This document shows, piece by piece, positions 1-12,077 of a DNA stretch of 63,038 bases. Both the position numbers and the translations under genes were made by a program. Position 1 is the first letter of the stretch. Every line of letters begins with the position of its first letter. The DNA comes from Chara braunii (lineage: Eukaryota > Plantae > Charophyceae). A model generated the notes under the pieces. The model was not told the origin of the DNA. It saw only the letters and a program-made list of their open reading frames with translations, and did not search any database. Location: the NCBI GenBank assembly GCA_003427395.1, contig BFEA01000034.1:2065089-2128126 (forward strand). Direction: 5' to 3'.

Positions 1-2332
1 CCAACACACGTCTTTCCCAAGTTTCTCTGTGGATTTGGGCTCCTCTCAGCGAGCGCAGTCCAAAACCATCTTCAAAAAAAAAAAAAAAAAAAAAATTCCT
101 CCGACGTTTTTTGGCTCATCTGTTTTTTTGGCTCATCTGTTCTTTTCCCTTCTGCAAGGAATGAGCCTCGCAGAGCCTTTATCAGACATACAAGTGCTCT
201 GGGCTGTGGCCCGTAGCAAGCCTCGTGCCTGCCCTAAGCGAAGGCAGGCATAAATATCCACGTGAGGCCTGTTCTCGACAATTTTTCCATATGTGGGTAC
301 TCAGATAGCTGCAGCACGCCAGTTGGTTACAGAACAACGTGAGCCTCCAGGCTCTTTCCAAAAGCAAAGGGCTGCGCTGTACAGTTGAGCCCAGGGCTCA
401 AGCAGTTGCGTCCCGACACATCACGGACTGATTACGGGCCAATGAGGAAGTAGCATTGTCATCACACATGGGGCGCGAGGCAATGAGAACTGCAAACACT
501 TGGAGGCTAGGTGGCTGCCTGGAGGTGCCTAACTGCACGAGGCCCAGTCCAGTTTCGGAAACTGGGCCTGGACGCAGACACTTGGGGCCCAACTGAAGCT
601 ACTGGGCCCACCCACACGCCTGACCAGGACAGCCAGCAGCGACACACTTTCCATAAAGGAAAGTGTGAGCCCCTGGCAGTGGCATTCTGGCCTGCTGAGA
701 CATTGCGGCCACACTGCTGCGGTGTCGAGTGGAGTGCTGCTTGGTGCTGGCAGGCCGGGGCGCACGCGGGCGCTGTGAGGTGAGAGGGCGTTGCGGTGGC
801 AGCGGGCGCACAGCGTCCATGGCCGGGCCGAGTGTGCGGACAGCAGGTGATGGCAAAGGTGGTCTTCGGGTAAGGAGGCGCATGAAGTGGGGAGACGAGG
901 GGTGATGACGAGAGGAGAGAGAACGTACCTGGTGTATGCTGGTGGTCAGCATAGGTAATGATGACACGAACTTTGGTCTTTGACTTCAGAGTGATCCAGT
1001 TGCAAGAATGTAGATAGGCTAGATCCGCTGAGTAGGATAGGCTGGGCGCTGGGCGCCAGACTATGGGTGCCACATTGGATACAGTGTTGGTGAGACCAGA
1101 GAGTGGCTACATTACATTCCAGTCCGTTGTATTGCTCTTATTTGTATGGTATCTTGGTGCATCGAGCTCTCTGCTTGGTTCATGACTATCTGAGCTACTT
1201 CGTGATTTTGCAACTTGGTTTTCTATCTATGGCTCTCGCTCATATTCCTTGCTCTTCTTTTTTTTGCAATGGCGCACGATGGACCACCACGGATCAGATA
1301 TTAAATTGATCAGAAGATTCAGAACTGATACTGCACTTGATATGTTTTTAGCCAAAAGGCTGAGAAACGTACAAAGAGGCGCAATTTTTTTATTTTATTT
1401 TTCGTTTTTTCCGAAGCCGGGTATTGGGCCCGGTAGCTCAACTTGTTCGAAGCCGGGTAATGGCCCCCGGTAGCGCAACTTACTATTTTTTTGTTTTGCT
1501 CCGGGGCCACTCCGGTAGCCTGGCTAATAAATAAATAAAGGGCACATATCGGCCCTTGTCGTTAACCCTCATTGTGAGCAAGCATTCCGCAATGCGAGAA
1601 GTGTTTCAGAAAAGAATTGTAGTTTATTGAGCTCATTGGAACTTCATCCATCCATTGCGGACCATGCCTGATTGGGCGCTGTTGTTGCTCGGCATTGGTT
1701 ACTCTGTGTGATTCTTTTTGCTTTTTCATTTCTTTTGTGTGTAAAAGATACGATGAACTGCCGCGTTTTTATATAGAAGAATAATAAAAGTTAAGTCAGT
1801 TTGTCTTTTCTCATTTACTTTAATATATTCACTTCACTCTCGAGCTCTTGTTGCTTGGCATTGATTGCTGTGTGTGCGTGTTTGTGTGTGTGTGTGTGTT
1901 TTCCTTTTTTTTTTTTTGGCATGTGTGCCAGTTTTTTTATCGAATAGGTATTGGAAAAAAGAAAAGAAAAGAAAAAGATGCGATACACTGCTGTGTTTCT
2001 ATCATAAGAAAAATAGAAGTTTAGTCAGCTAATGACTAAAAGTCTGGTTGTTTTTTTTCGCCTAGTGTTGGAGTTGCAGCTATTTTTCGATATATTGCTT
2101 TCTTTCAAGATTTCCATAATTGGGACCTTAAATCCTTTTCATATGATGTGTGTTGCTGGAGTTTTATGTGCAGCTCTTTTATGTGCTAAGCACCAGAATG
2201 ATGGGTATCAGCATAGCAGCATGCATTGATGTACCAAATTCGCAAATACTAGGAGGGTGATGTGTTCTTTTTTTTCTTAATCTGTTCTTGTGCTTCGTGT
2301 GACAAACATATTGCGTTGTGTGATTCTGCCAC

Positions 2333-3229
2333 GTGTCGCCCACACAGAGCTGCTGCAGTTGCTCCTTACACTGTCATGGCCCCAGTCTCCCTCCTGCACC
2401 GCTATCGCGACGTGTACGCCATCAGCTCATCGAGAAAACTCTTCCCAGGGCAACAGGTGTCAATGCCCTGCCCAGGTTCACAACGGCGACGATGACGACG
2501 GGGAGGAGGAGGAGCGCAAGACGGCTCGTCTGTGCAGCATCCCAAGGAGAATCCTCCGAGGTTGCCTCAGCCGACCAGGATCGTAGTAATGCGGCACCCG
2601 TCCTAACTCGGCCAGCAGCAGCAGGAGATCAATCATCCCCCTCCTCTTCGCCACCCATAACCTCAACAAGCGGCGAGTCGAAGGCTCCATCCTCTTCGTT
2701 GTCGTCCCCCGCATCATCTGGAAGCAATGCAAACGACAAGAAGCCTACAGTCCAGGATGGCGCCAGCGCGAACAGCGGGAGCGAGAGGCGGGAGCAGGTT
2801 GATAAGATTGCCAATGCGCCGAAGGTAGGGGGAGCAGGGCTGGCTGGTGGAGAAAGCGCGTCGGGAAAGTCGACGGCAGCGGCGGTGGGCGCATCCATGT
2901 CAAAGATTGGATTCAGTAGCCGTACAAATTCCCGTGTGCTCCAAGCTCTTAAGCAGAGTGACAAGAGCAGTGGTGATCCCAGTGATCCTGCCTCTCCTGG
3001 AAGTGGGATTAGTCAGCTCACGTTTGGCCGCCCCGTGGCACCGAAAAACATATTTGATGTGGAGCCTTCGAAAGAGAGAATAGCAGCAGCTTCAGAGAAG
3101 AAGAAGCAGCCGTTCAGTGTCTCAAAAGGACAGTTGTTTATTTTGTTCTCTTTCACACTCATCATATCAATTATGGTAGGGACTGCGTACCTAGTATGGA
3201 AAGTTGGTGCTATTCATTACAATACCTAG
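2333..3229 (+). CDS. Probable host gene (or its large last exon): Ser/Ala-rich, likely plastid-targeted protein with one C-terminal transmembrane helix
   Basis: 298-codon uninterrupted ORF. N-terminus is R/S/T-rich and transit-peptide-like (RRRSARRLVCAAS), the middle is disordered, and it ends GQLFILFSFTLIISIMVGTAYLVWKVGAIHYNT. The true start is uncertain: the ORF opens at GTG and the first in-frame ATG is at about 2492. Confidence 0.65.
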   Translation: MSPTQSCCSCSLHCHGPSLPPAPLSRRVRHQLIEKTLPRATGVNALPRFTTATMTTGRRRSARRLVCAASQGESSEVASADQDRSNAAPVLTRPAAAGDQSSPSSSPPITSTSGESKAPSSSLSSPASSGSNANDKKPTVQDGASANSGSERREQVDKIANAPKVGGAGLAGGESASGKSTAAAVGASMSKIGFSSRTNSRVLQALKQSDKSSGDPSDPASPGSGISQLTFGRPVAPKNIFDVEPSKERIAAASEKKKQPFSVSKGQLFILFSFTLIISIMVGTAYLVWKVGAIHYNT

Positions 3230-4889
3230 TGTGTTCTGATATGGTAATGGGTTAGTTAATAATATTTGGGACACTCAAGGGAATCGTGTTCCTCCTCCTT
3301 TTCTCCCCCACACTTCCTCCTCCCCCCCCCCCCCCCCTGGTCCCCCCCCCCCTCTCCTCCCCCTCTCTTGTATTCTTTGTCTTCTCCTTGGCACTACTGC
3401 TTCAATGCACAGTTTGTTTTGCACTTCAGGAGTGCTGCTGCTGCACTCCTCCTTTTTAACTTCTCCTGAATCCTCCCAACTCTCTGCTACAGTCGTCTTC
3501 TCCTTTTTTTATGTTTTTTTTTGGGTCATGCAATAGCTTCTTCTGCCCTGCAAAATGGCATTTCTGCGCTACGTGGTCGTCGGCTGCATGGTACGCCTCC
3601 ACAAAAAAAAAACGCCGGCTGATGAATGTTCTTTTTTACTCAGAGAGCCAGAGCGGAAAAAAGAAAAATAACTCTGGTACAGTGCTGCTGTTAGGCCAAA
3701 AGTGTACAGAGAATTTATTTATTGCATAACAATAACACCTATGAATGTCGAATCGCCGCCGTCGCCATTGCCAAGCGCTCTCCCCCTTAGCCATCCGCTA
3801 AGGGCGGGCCTGTTTTCCTCCATCGCGCCCCCGCATCGGTGACCCCTCCATCTCGCTCTCGCCTGTCGGCCCCTTAGCCACGCCATCTGTGGTTCGTCGC
3901 TCGACCCCGCTGCACTTCGCCCCTCTCTGCAGCGAGCTCGCTGCCCCCTGTCATCGTTCACAGCGTCATCGTGCCGCCGCCTAACCCCCCTCTTCCAACG
4001 ACTTCGGCCAATTCTGATGCCCGTTTCGCCACCACCACGTTCTCCTCCTAGTTGCCAGATCACTGGCCCCCGTGACGTGCTCTCAGCAGTAAGGAAGGAC
4101 GAACGTAGGCCCACACAGGCCATACCCGCTACTTCAACCAGCCGACCTCTTGCCAAGCCCATAGATCGCCAGATCACTGGCCCCCGTGACGCGCGCTCAG
4201 CGGCAAGAAAGGACGAACCTCTGGCACACACCGGGCAGCGATAGGACTTCCGCTGGTCTTCAACGAGGACGTGTCGACAGCAGGCAGCAACGATCGGAAC
4301 CCCCATATCGGCTGCTCCGATCAGCCATCTCCATCCTTGCACAGGTGAGAAACACAGCACACCCCGCGCGAAGCCCCCTACTCCTGCCCCTTGCCCCGAC
4401 CTGCGCTCCGCGTCACCTTTAATCCCCCCCGCCCGGGCCTTCTCCATCCCCCTATACCCAACCCCTTCGCATAAGCCCCGCATCACCCTCCACTCCGCCC
4501 TCGTCCCCTCACCCGGACCCCCCCGGACCCCGATCCCGGACCCTGTTCCCCGCTCTCCCTCGCCCAGATACTCGGCCTCACCTGCTGAAGCAGTCATCGT
4601 CGGTCGCTCATTTTGCCACCTCCTCCCCATAAACCTCGAAATAAACACAGCCCGCCCCGCAGCTACCATAGCCAGTTAGCACCCCTGCACTCTTAGTGGA
4701 GCTCTCAAGACCCGTCCCGGAGCACATCGCCATCTCTACTTAGATATATATTATATACATAAAAAAAAATTAAAAAAAATCAGCCATGTCGGCGCCGTCC
4801 TATGCCCAAGCCCTGGCCCCCCACAAAGCGAGCGGCCAGCCACAAACAAACCCCTCTACGACCCTCCAACCCTCTTTTATTCACTGTCG

Positions 4890-5545
4890 GGCTCTTCCAG
4901 GCCTCACACCCCCACCCGGTTAGGTTACAAGGCAACACGAATCACCCCAGCTCCGGCCAGCGTCTTTCCGAGACTTGGTTGTCCCTTGGAATGCCCACCC
5001 CAAAGCATCCCCAGATCTCTCTACCAGGCCTCATCCTCCTGCTATCAACAGGTTACAACGCCCCAGCCCGGGCCAGCGTCCGTCTGGAATCGGACAACCA
5101 CATATCCTATGAACATTACAGCATCAGAAAAGCCTACAGTGAGTTGCTAGGTTGCTAGGAGCCCCTAGAATCTCAGAGCATTCTAAAAACTACTGCGAGC
5201 AACGGAGAGCAGCAGACTTGCTTATAAAAGAGTGAAAATCAACTGAGATTATTCGGAGAACAGGACCACATTACCCCAGTGCTATTCACCAAACCATCCT
5301 ACAACTGCCTCAACCCCTTATCCTAGATGTCGAGCTCTACCAGGCCTCACATCCCCAACTGCTGGGTTACAGGGCAGCGCGACCCGCCCCAACTCCGGCC
5401 AGCGTCATCCTAGCAACAATTCACGGTTGGCCACTGGAATGCCTTCCACCCTCAGCAATTCCCCAGATCTCTCTACCAGGCCTCGAACCCCCGCTTCACT
5501 CAGGTTACAGGGCCGTGCAACCAAACCCCAGCTCCGACCAGCATC
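4890..5545 (+). repeat. Four diverged ~70-bp units (ctctaccaggcctc...ggttaca...ccccagctccggccagcgtc) in an unclassified repeat remnant
   Basis: Copies near 4893, 5017, 5335 and 5469, arranged as two pairs. Confidence 0.7.
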
Positions 5546-6966
5546 ATTCTAGCATCGGCCAGCCGTGAACCCGTGGATATAACGGTATTGGCCCGTTGTC
5601 AGACCGTCCGCTAAACACTACCGCAGCCATGGCTTCAGTTGTCTAGCTCCCTTCCCGCACTGGACATGCTTGACCCACACTCCGGCAAGACTCGTCACAA
5701 TGGAGCCACCATCTCCGTCGCTGCTATGCCCTAATCCCATCCTACCAGCTAGCCCCATCGCCAGCAAGACGCATCGTCTCCCTCCTTCTATTAACTCACC
5801 CCTACCTATGTGACCCCAGCATGGAGGGGAGAGTTAGAGAAAAGAACCCCGGTACCCCATCCAAGTGAGTCTCTCCACATACAGTGCGAAAAAAGATACT
5901 AGTACACTTATGAATTTAGGATTCAATCAGAGATTTTAAAATTGGGAATAGGTTTCCCTTTTGATGGATAGAGTTTTTTCCCGTTGCAAACTGGAGGCGG
6001 GCGATATGGGTATGGGCGGGCAATTTGGGTTTTTGTTGTTTCCGCTTTTGGCTTTTTTGTCTTCTACTGCATCTTCTGAGAAATACAGTATCGAAGCATT
6101 CTGCTGTTTACTACGCCCAAGTAACGAAATCTAGAATAGACTGCCCTGCCTCATTGGCAGGGCTTACTAAGAAAAAGAAAAAAAAAGAAAAAAAAAATGT
6201 ATTCGCTTTCGGGAAAAAGAAGAAAAAAAAACGTACTTGTGACGAACCACTTTTTGAAACTGCGCAATTTTCTGCGCGAAGCTGTTTTGGGGAAATACGA
6301 CGGGTCGAAGGGGTGAGCGGTGGGCAGACGGGTCGGGCGAGCAATTGGCATGGATGTCCTTGTTTCTTTTTCGTTTTTTTCTGCTAAGAATGTCGGATCG
6401 ATGTCGGGAAGATCCTGTGCCAATGGTTGGAGAACCGCGCCTTAGCGAGCGCGAAGAATAACTGTACCATAGCTTTTTCTTTCTTGTTTTGTTGTGGACA
6501 CTCGGGATTTTCGCGAGATCATTGCGCGAGAATATCGTTTTTGAATTTTCAAGCGGTGTCGTGCCCCCACGGGCTCTCGGAATTGTTTTTCTTCGGAATT
6601 TTTCCTTTGCAATTAGGACTTAAGATATGAATTTAGGCACCTTCTCGATTTTGCTGCGCGGTGCTCCCTGCTTATGCACGCCTTGCCGCGACAAGATCTG
6701 GGTTCTGATTTCTTTTTGCGCCTTAATATTGCACGCAACTATAAAAATTTTGGCGGGTGTAATTGCAGTTATAATCTTCTCGTTCTTGATGACCTTCGTG
6801 TTCTTCCCTCTTCCCGCCTTGTGCTCGCCCGCGCATGCACGCCTTCTTCCCTAATCTGATTGGTTCCTATGCCTGCATGATCGGATTGATGCTCGGAGAG
6901 TGGCTCAGTCCCCCGCGCCGCGGCCCAGACATGCAGACGTAGGCACTTCCTCTCTTCTCCTTCTCA

Positions 6967-7072
6967 TCACTTGGGGCTAATCCCGTATCCCTCGAGCAAG
7001 AGTGCACACTATAAATTTCACTTGGGGCTAATCCCGTATCCCTCGAGCAAGAGTGCACACTATAAATTTCAC
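6967..7072 (+). repeat. 51-bp tandem duplication containing a TATA-like CTATAAAT inside LTR A1
   Basis: tcacttggggctaatcccgtatccctcgagcaagagtgcacactataaatt occurs at 6967 and 7018. LTR A2 has a single copy. Confidence 0.85.
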
Positions 7073-7320
7073 AAGCACGATTAGTTGTCTCTCTAAGAAT
7101 TTCGAGGTTAGCGCGATCAGTGAGGGTCGGCTAACGAGCAAGTTTGGAAGGTAAGTGAGTGTGAGAGTTGGGCGATCCGACGAGTTGGTGTCGGGTATTT
7201 GGGGTTGACGTGCGGGGCCGCGACGGATTGTGGCGCACGGGCGAACCTGGCTTGCATGCTTGAACCAAGTGGGATGACAACTCTGCGTTGATACGTGACG
7301 ACGGACTGTCGGTATCGGGA

Positions 7321-7422
<102 letters not shown>

Positions 7423-8935
7423 TGTGTGGGTACGGGATAAAGTTTTTTTTTGTTATTTCCTTCTTCCCCTGTTCATCTATACAATTTTGGATCCTGGTAT
7501 GGCCGATTTTGTTATCAAGACCCTCCTCTTTTAAACTTCGCTTGTACATTGTCTCGGATTTTCCTGTGATTTTATTCGATATGCATGCATGAAATGAATG
7601 TAAATTATTTTTTATTAGTGATCGTTTCGGATTTCTAGCTCTGTTTTCCGATGTTTGTTTCGTCTCTAACCAATGTTCACTTGCGGGACCTATACGCTCA
7701 GAGCTGATTGAAAATGATCGTCTTGATGTCTGGGGGTCTCGTCGTTAACACTCGGAAGTGTTATGATGAGTTGATCGCCCTTCAGCGTCACATGTATGGC
7801 ATGTAGTGATTGGTAGGATAGTTGCACTTGTGTTGAACGTAACTGGAATCAATCGGTTGTTCCTTACGAGTACATGCTCGCACGATCGCGATCTCGAGAA
7901 AGCCGAGTCGCCACGTACGCGCTCGTCCGCGTGAATCAGCCTTAACCCCGTGTAAGGATGCGGGGGAATCGGCTTACTAGACGAACATGGCTGCGAGATC
8001 TCCCTCCTGGACATCCGATTACGAAAACCTGAGGGACCCGGAATATCGCGAGTATTGGGACGACGAACAACTTAGACTACGGGGAAACTTAAGATATCTA
8101 AAATTTCCCAATCTGACGGAGCACTTTCCACTGGGCTATAACCAGCGATCCTAAAGGCCCAGACTACCCCGGTACGGACAATACTCAATACTACATATCC
8201 CCGGGTTTCGTCGTTATCACCACCAACTTCCCTCCCTTCCATCTCCTCCTCCCCTATCACCAACTCACAGTGGTTCCGTTGTATTCTATAGCTTCCTATT
8301 GGCCCATCCCACTGTGCGAGGGTTGTCGGCATTACCGGGTGTGCCGGGCCTCGGGAACTACCCGACAGACCCGAACCGAGGCTGAGCGTCGAATGCAAAA
8401 CCTTCGTTTACGGCCTGCCTCGGCAGAATCCGAAGCCTGTTGCGAGCGGCGCCTACAACTGGCCGAACTTCGCAATCGACCCCGAAGGTGAAACCAAAGG
8501 CGATGGTGATTTCCATTTTTGGGTTTAAAGCTGATGAAATTGGGGTTCGTTGGCAGGGGCAATGTTATGGGGATTTTGTTCGAGAATGCAAGAGTGTTTA
8601 GATATGTCGACGCTGGGGTCGTAGAAGAGTACCCCGGAAACTTTGGTTTGGATGTACTGCACATGCCATCGGCCCTACGCTGCATGACATCTGCAGTTGT
8701 CCCGCTGTGCATAAATCACGAGAGGTGGTTTACCTTCCTTCTCATAAGGCTTAAAGCGCCAAGGCACGATCTACATATCCCCTCTTGCGCTTTTACCCCT
8801 GAAACTTACCAGAAAAGATCCCAGTTTCGACTTGAGACTCCACCCCCACTTTCCTAAAATCCTTGCCACACCCACTTCTTCGCACTTCTTGGCCCCCGTC
8901 CCATTCGGATCAGGAAGTCGCGCCGGGCGTGAGCT

Positions 8936-8948
8936 TGGTATCGGAGCC
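8936..8948 (+). promoter_or_regulatory. Primer binding site, initiator tRNA-Met type
   Basis: TGGTATCGGAGCC is one mismatch from the canonical TGGTATCAGAGCC and lies directly after LTR A1 homology. Confidence 0.8.
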
Positions 8949-9068
8949 GACACGTGGCGAGCTCACAAGAGAAGCGGGTAGGAAAGTCGCATAGTACGAT
9001 CTGGCGAACAGAGGGCGGGCTAGACAAAGGAACGCGCCGCGACGCGATCCTATAATACTTAGGAACCG

Positions 9069-9095
9069 ATGGTCGGACGGCCTGCCGCCAATACG
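9069..9095 (+). pseudogene. gag: Probable first 9 codons of element A gag (MVGRPAANT), cut off by insertion of element B
   Basis: ATG lies ~120 bp after the PBS. It joins in frame to EAQNVNVQLGGAPV at 43424 (-) when B is removed and the inversion is undone. Confidence 0.5.
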
Positions 9096-11279
9096 GTTCA
9101 GTGTTGATACGATCGGTGCGACCATTGGGCAGCGACGTGAAGACACTGGTTTCAATTGACGTGATTACCGGTCCGGTGCTGGCAAGGTGCCGAGATAGTG
9201 TACTGCAGTTCCATCCTGTTATTTTAGGACCGGGGCTGGTACCGTCATTCTATGGGCACTTACGAGGAGTTGGGAAGAAATATTACAGTCTCCACTTGTC
9301 ACTTTGCTAAGGTTTTTGCTCTCGCACTGGTATTGTACACGTGCTCCTCGGCGTGACGTTCTGCATTGACCCGGTATGATTGTAGGATCGGCACTGACAA
9401 GGACTCGGTCGGATCCTATTTCTCAGGCTCTGTAATCGGCACGGTACTGAAACAACGTACTATGGCTCGACTTCATAGGTTCGACACTGTCATGAATGAG
9501 ACGACGATTGGTGTGCGCGGTTCAACTCTGTTATTTCCTTTCTGGTGCTAGGACTTGGATCGTGGCATTGGTGGTCGCAGATGGTACCCTTGTGCCTGTG
9601 GCGACCCTGCAACCCTGGTACTCGAGCGGAGACCGCCTTAGGGGCCCACAGCCTTTGGTGTCGTGGGAATTTAGACCGGGCGTCGACGGTAAGCACATCC
9701 GGCAAATGCGACCAGGGGAACTGGTACCAATGGTACCGGTGCGCTGTCCCGTGTCGTCCGAGCTATTCAAGGGAACGGGGGAGTCGGGACTTATGGGATG
9801 CTGTTGTGGAATAAAAGGAGGGTATTCAGAGTGGCGGGGGGACAGTGAGCCTGGCGTCCACAACCCACTTGCGCAAAGCCCGGTTGAGGTACAACGGGCA
9901 CTGGACTTGGGGCTCGGGCATGGAGGAGGCGACTATTGGGGGAGACTTCTCTGAGGCGCGCATGGCGTACCCAGCCCACCTCCTCATCGGGGTGAGGTCA
10001 GCGTGAGAATCCTGCAAGGCGCTCCCTATGTGGGAGTGCTTGAACAATTGGGCGAGCTCGGAGTGTGTGCAGCGCGCTCACGAGTGATTGAGTGGGAGTA
10101 TCCAGGCGGAGGATCGAGAACATGGGCGCGACGTGAAGCACCAAAGGACTGGCAAGAACCTGGGGGAAAACAAGTTGGGGGATAACGAGCAAGTACGGAA
10201 TACTCAGCGCCTAGATCATCGGTTGACTTCTCTACCATAGTTGCAGCACGGGCCGCCCTAGATGACGTGCAGGCAGGTGCGCGACAGAGAAGAAGACGAC
10301 ACGGGACATTCGAACTTGGGCGAACTGGGGAAGGTCCTGGTGTGCCACCCGTACACCGCCCACAACGTAGTTCAATCCCGAGCTCGTTGGTGAGATGCCT
10401 GCGAGGAGAGCAAGTCAACAGGGGGGGGCGAACTGAGCTGTGCGGGGACACTTGGAAGGAGCGTAAGACGTACATCTGCCAACTGTGTCTGATTCACATT
10501 GAAGGTGAGCTGCAGTATGCCCAATTCAGGGGGCGAGGACGTGAGATTTTTGCTCACCCGGGCTGGCGGATGAATGGGCAACCAGCATGAGCTGGATAAG
10601 AGGGATTGAGCAGTAACCAAGAAACATGGATCCAGCGAAGAAAGGAGAGGCATTCAATTGCGCACTGTGTACCCAGCGAGGGAGCGCGTGATCAGTCACG
10701 CGGACAACGGTTTTCTCACGAGCGGCGTGACCCCGCCATATCTCTTTGGAGACGAACTGTGGGTTGACGGGATAGAGTGACCAACCAGACTCAAGTGATC
10801 TGTCAATCAAGCGATCCCGCCGGTAGCAGCTTCACTCTGTGAACCATCAATCAAGCGGTTCCGCTGCTAGCGGGAACAACCCTTTTCAGCGATCTGGTTA
10901 TCAGTGATCCGCTTTTGAGTGATTTGTCAGCGGGCTATCGTTACCAATCTGGCAGCGAAAGAGGTAAGGGCGGGAAACTCAGACTCAAGCGTAAGTCGGG
11001 ATATCGTATCTGGGGGCCTGCCTGCGACTCGCGTAATCGGGGCGAGCAAGTCAGCACTTACGACCATGCCGTTTAATTTTATTTTATTATGATCCCAATC
11101 ACAGACAAGTGTTGGGGAAAGGTGGGGGGGAAAGCGAGCTTGTGCACAGAGAAGGGGAGAAGCGAACAACTTGGAGGGAGTGAGGCAGACGAGATAATTA
11201 TATATATATACATTTACGCAGATATACGTGCGCACTTGTGTCTCTCTGCCTACGGTTTACCGGGCAGTTCTGTTTGTGA

Positions 11280-11327
<48 letters not shown>

Positions 11328-11360
11328 ATATATACATATATATATATATATGTATGTATG

Positions 11361-11401
<41 letters not shown>

Positions 11402-12056
11402 CCAGATTTGAAAAGCAAAATTCGTCTCAGAAACATCGCTTCAATGAACTCACCAGATCTTGGTCATGCTTAGATGCGAAGATTGATTTATTACGAGGGG
11501 GATGTTTGAAAGGCACTGTGTGACGAGCGAGCCCGTGTAGTGAGAGGTGGAGACGAACTGCTTGGTTTTGTGCAGAAGAAGCCAGGAATATCTGGGGCGC
11601 AGTGACCGCCCCAAAGGGGGACCCTGTTTATGACTCTCAACCCTGATCTTAGGGTGCGGGGGGGTTGTGACTAAGATATTCAGAGACATTTTGTATAAAC
11701 ATTGACGGAGGACTTGGTGGCTTCCACTGAACAAAACGGCTTCCTCAACCGGTGCATCCTGAACTAGTGGAAGAGCGATCTTCTATCTCTGCCCGAGAAA
11801 GGGAATCGTTGTCTGTTTTATGAGTTCGAAGTGCGGGCGTTTAATCACTCATTTATCCTCACTGTTCATACTGAACGAATATATTAAATCTGGCAGGCTC
11901 GTGTATGCAGTCAATTCTCACTGGTCAAGGGTAAAGTTGAGGGTGTGCTTATGAGAGAGTGAAAGGGAGCACCTCGGAAGTGGGCGTGGCGAGTGACAGG
12001 CGTCGTTGCCCTTGGCTTCGGCGAACAGTAGGCGGCCCCTCTCGGGTTTCCTCACA
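9096..12056 (+). mobile_element. LTR B, 3' portion only (lacks the first ~1.1 kb), acting as 5' LTR of element B
   Basis: Colinear with 30161-32869 apart from ~0.4-kb indels. Ends CTCACA and is followed by a PBS. Confidence 0.85.
11282..11401. repeat. (TA)n/(TATG) microsatellite
   Basis: Read directly. Confidence 0.95.
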
Positions 12057-12059
12057 ACT

Positions 12060-12077
12060 TGGCACCGTTGTCGGGAA
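12060..12077 (+). promoter_or_regulatory. Primer binding site, tRNA-Asp type
   Basis: TGGCACCGTTGTCGGGAA lies 3 nt after the LTR-terminal CA. It resembles the TGGCGCCGTTGCCGGGGA PBS of plant Athila-type elements. Confidence 0.75.

Noticed and set aside
507-1073. 188-aa and overlapping ORFs (also 3719-4669)
   Set aside because: GC-rich sequence with several frames open and no recognisable motifs.
5821-5885. PPT (GGAGGGGGAG) plus a short LTR
   Set aside because: No TG start, no partner LTR and no coding remnant to support it.
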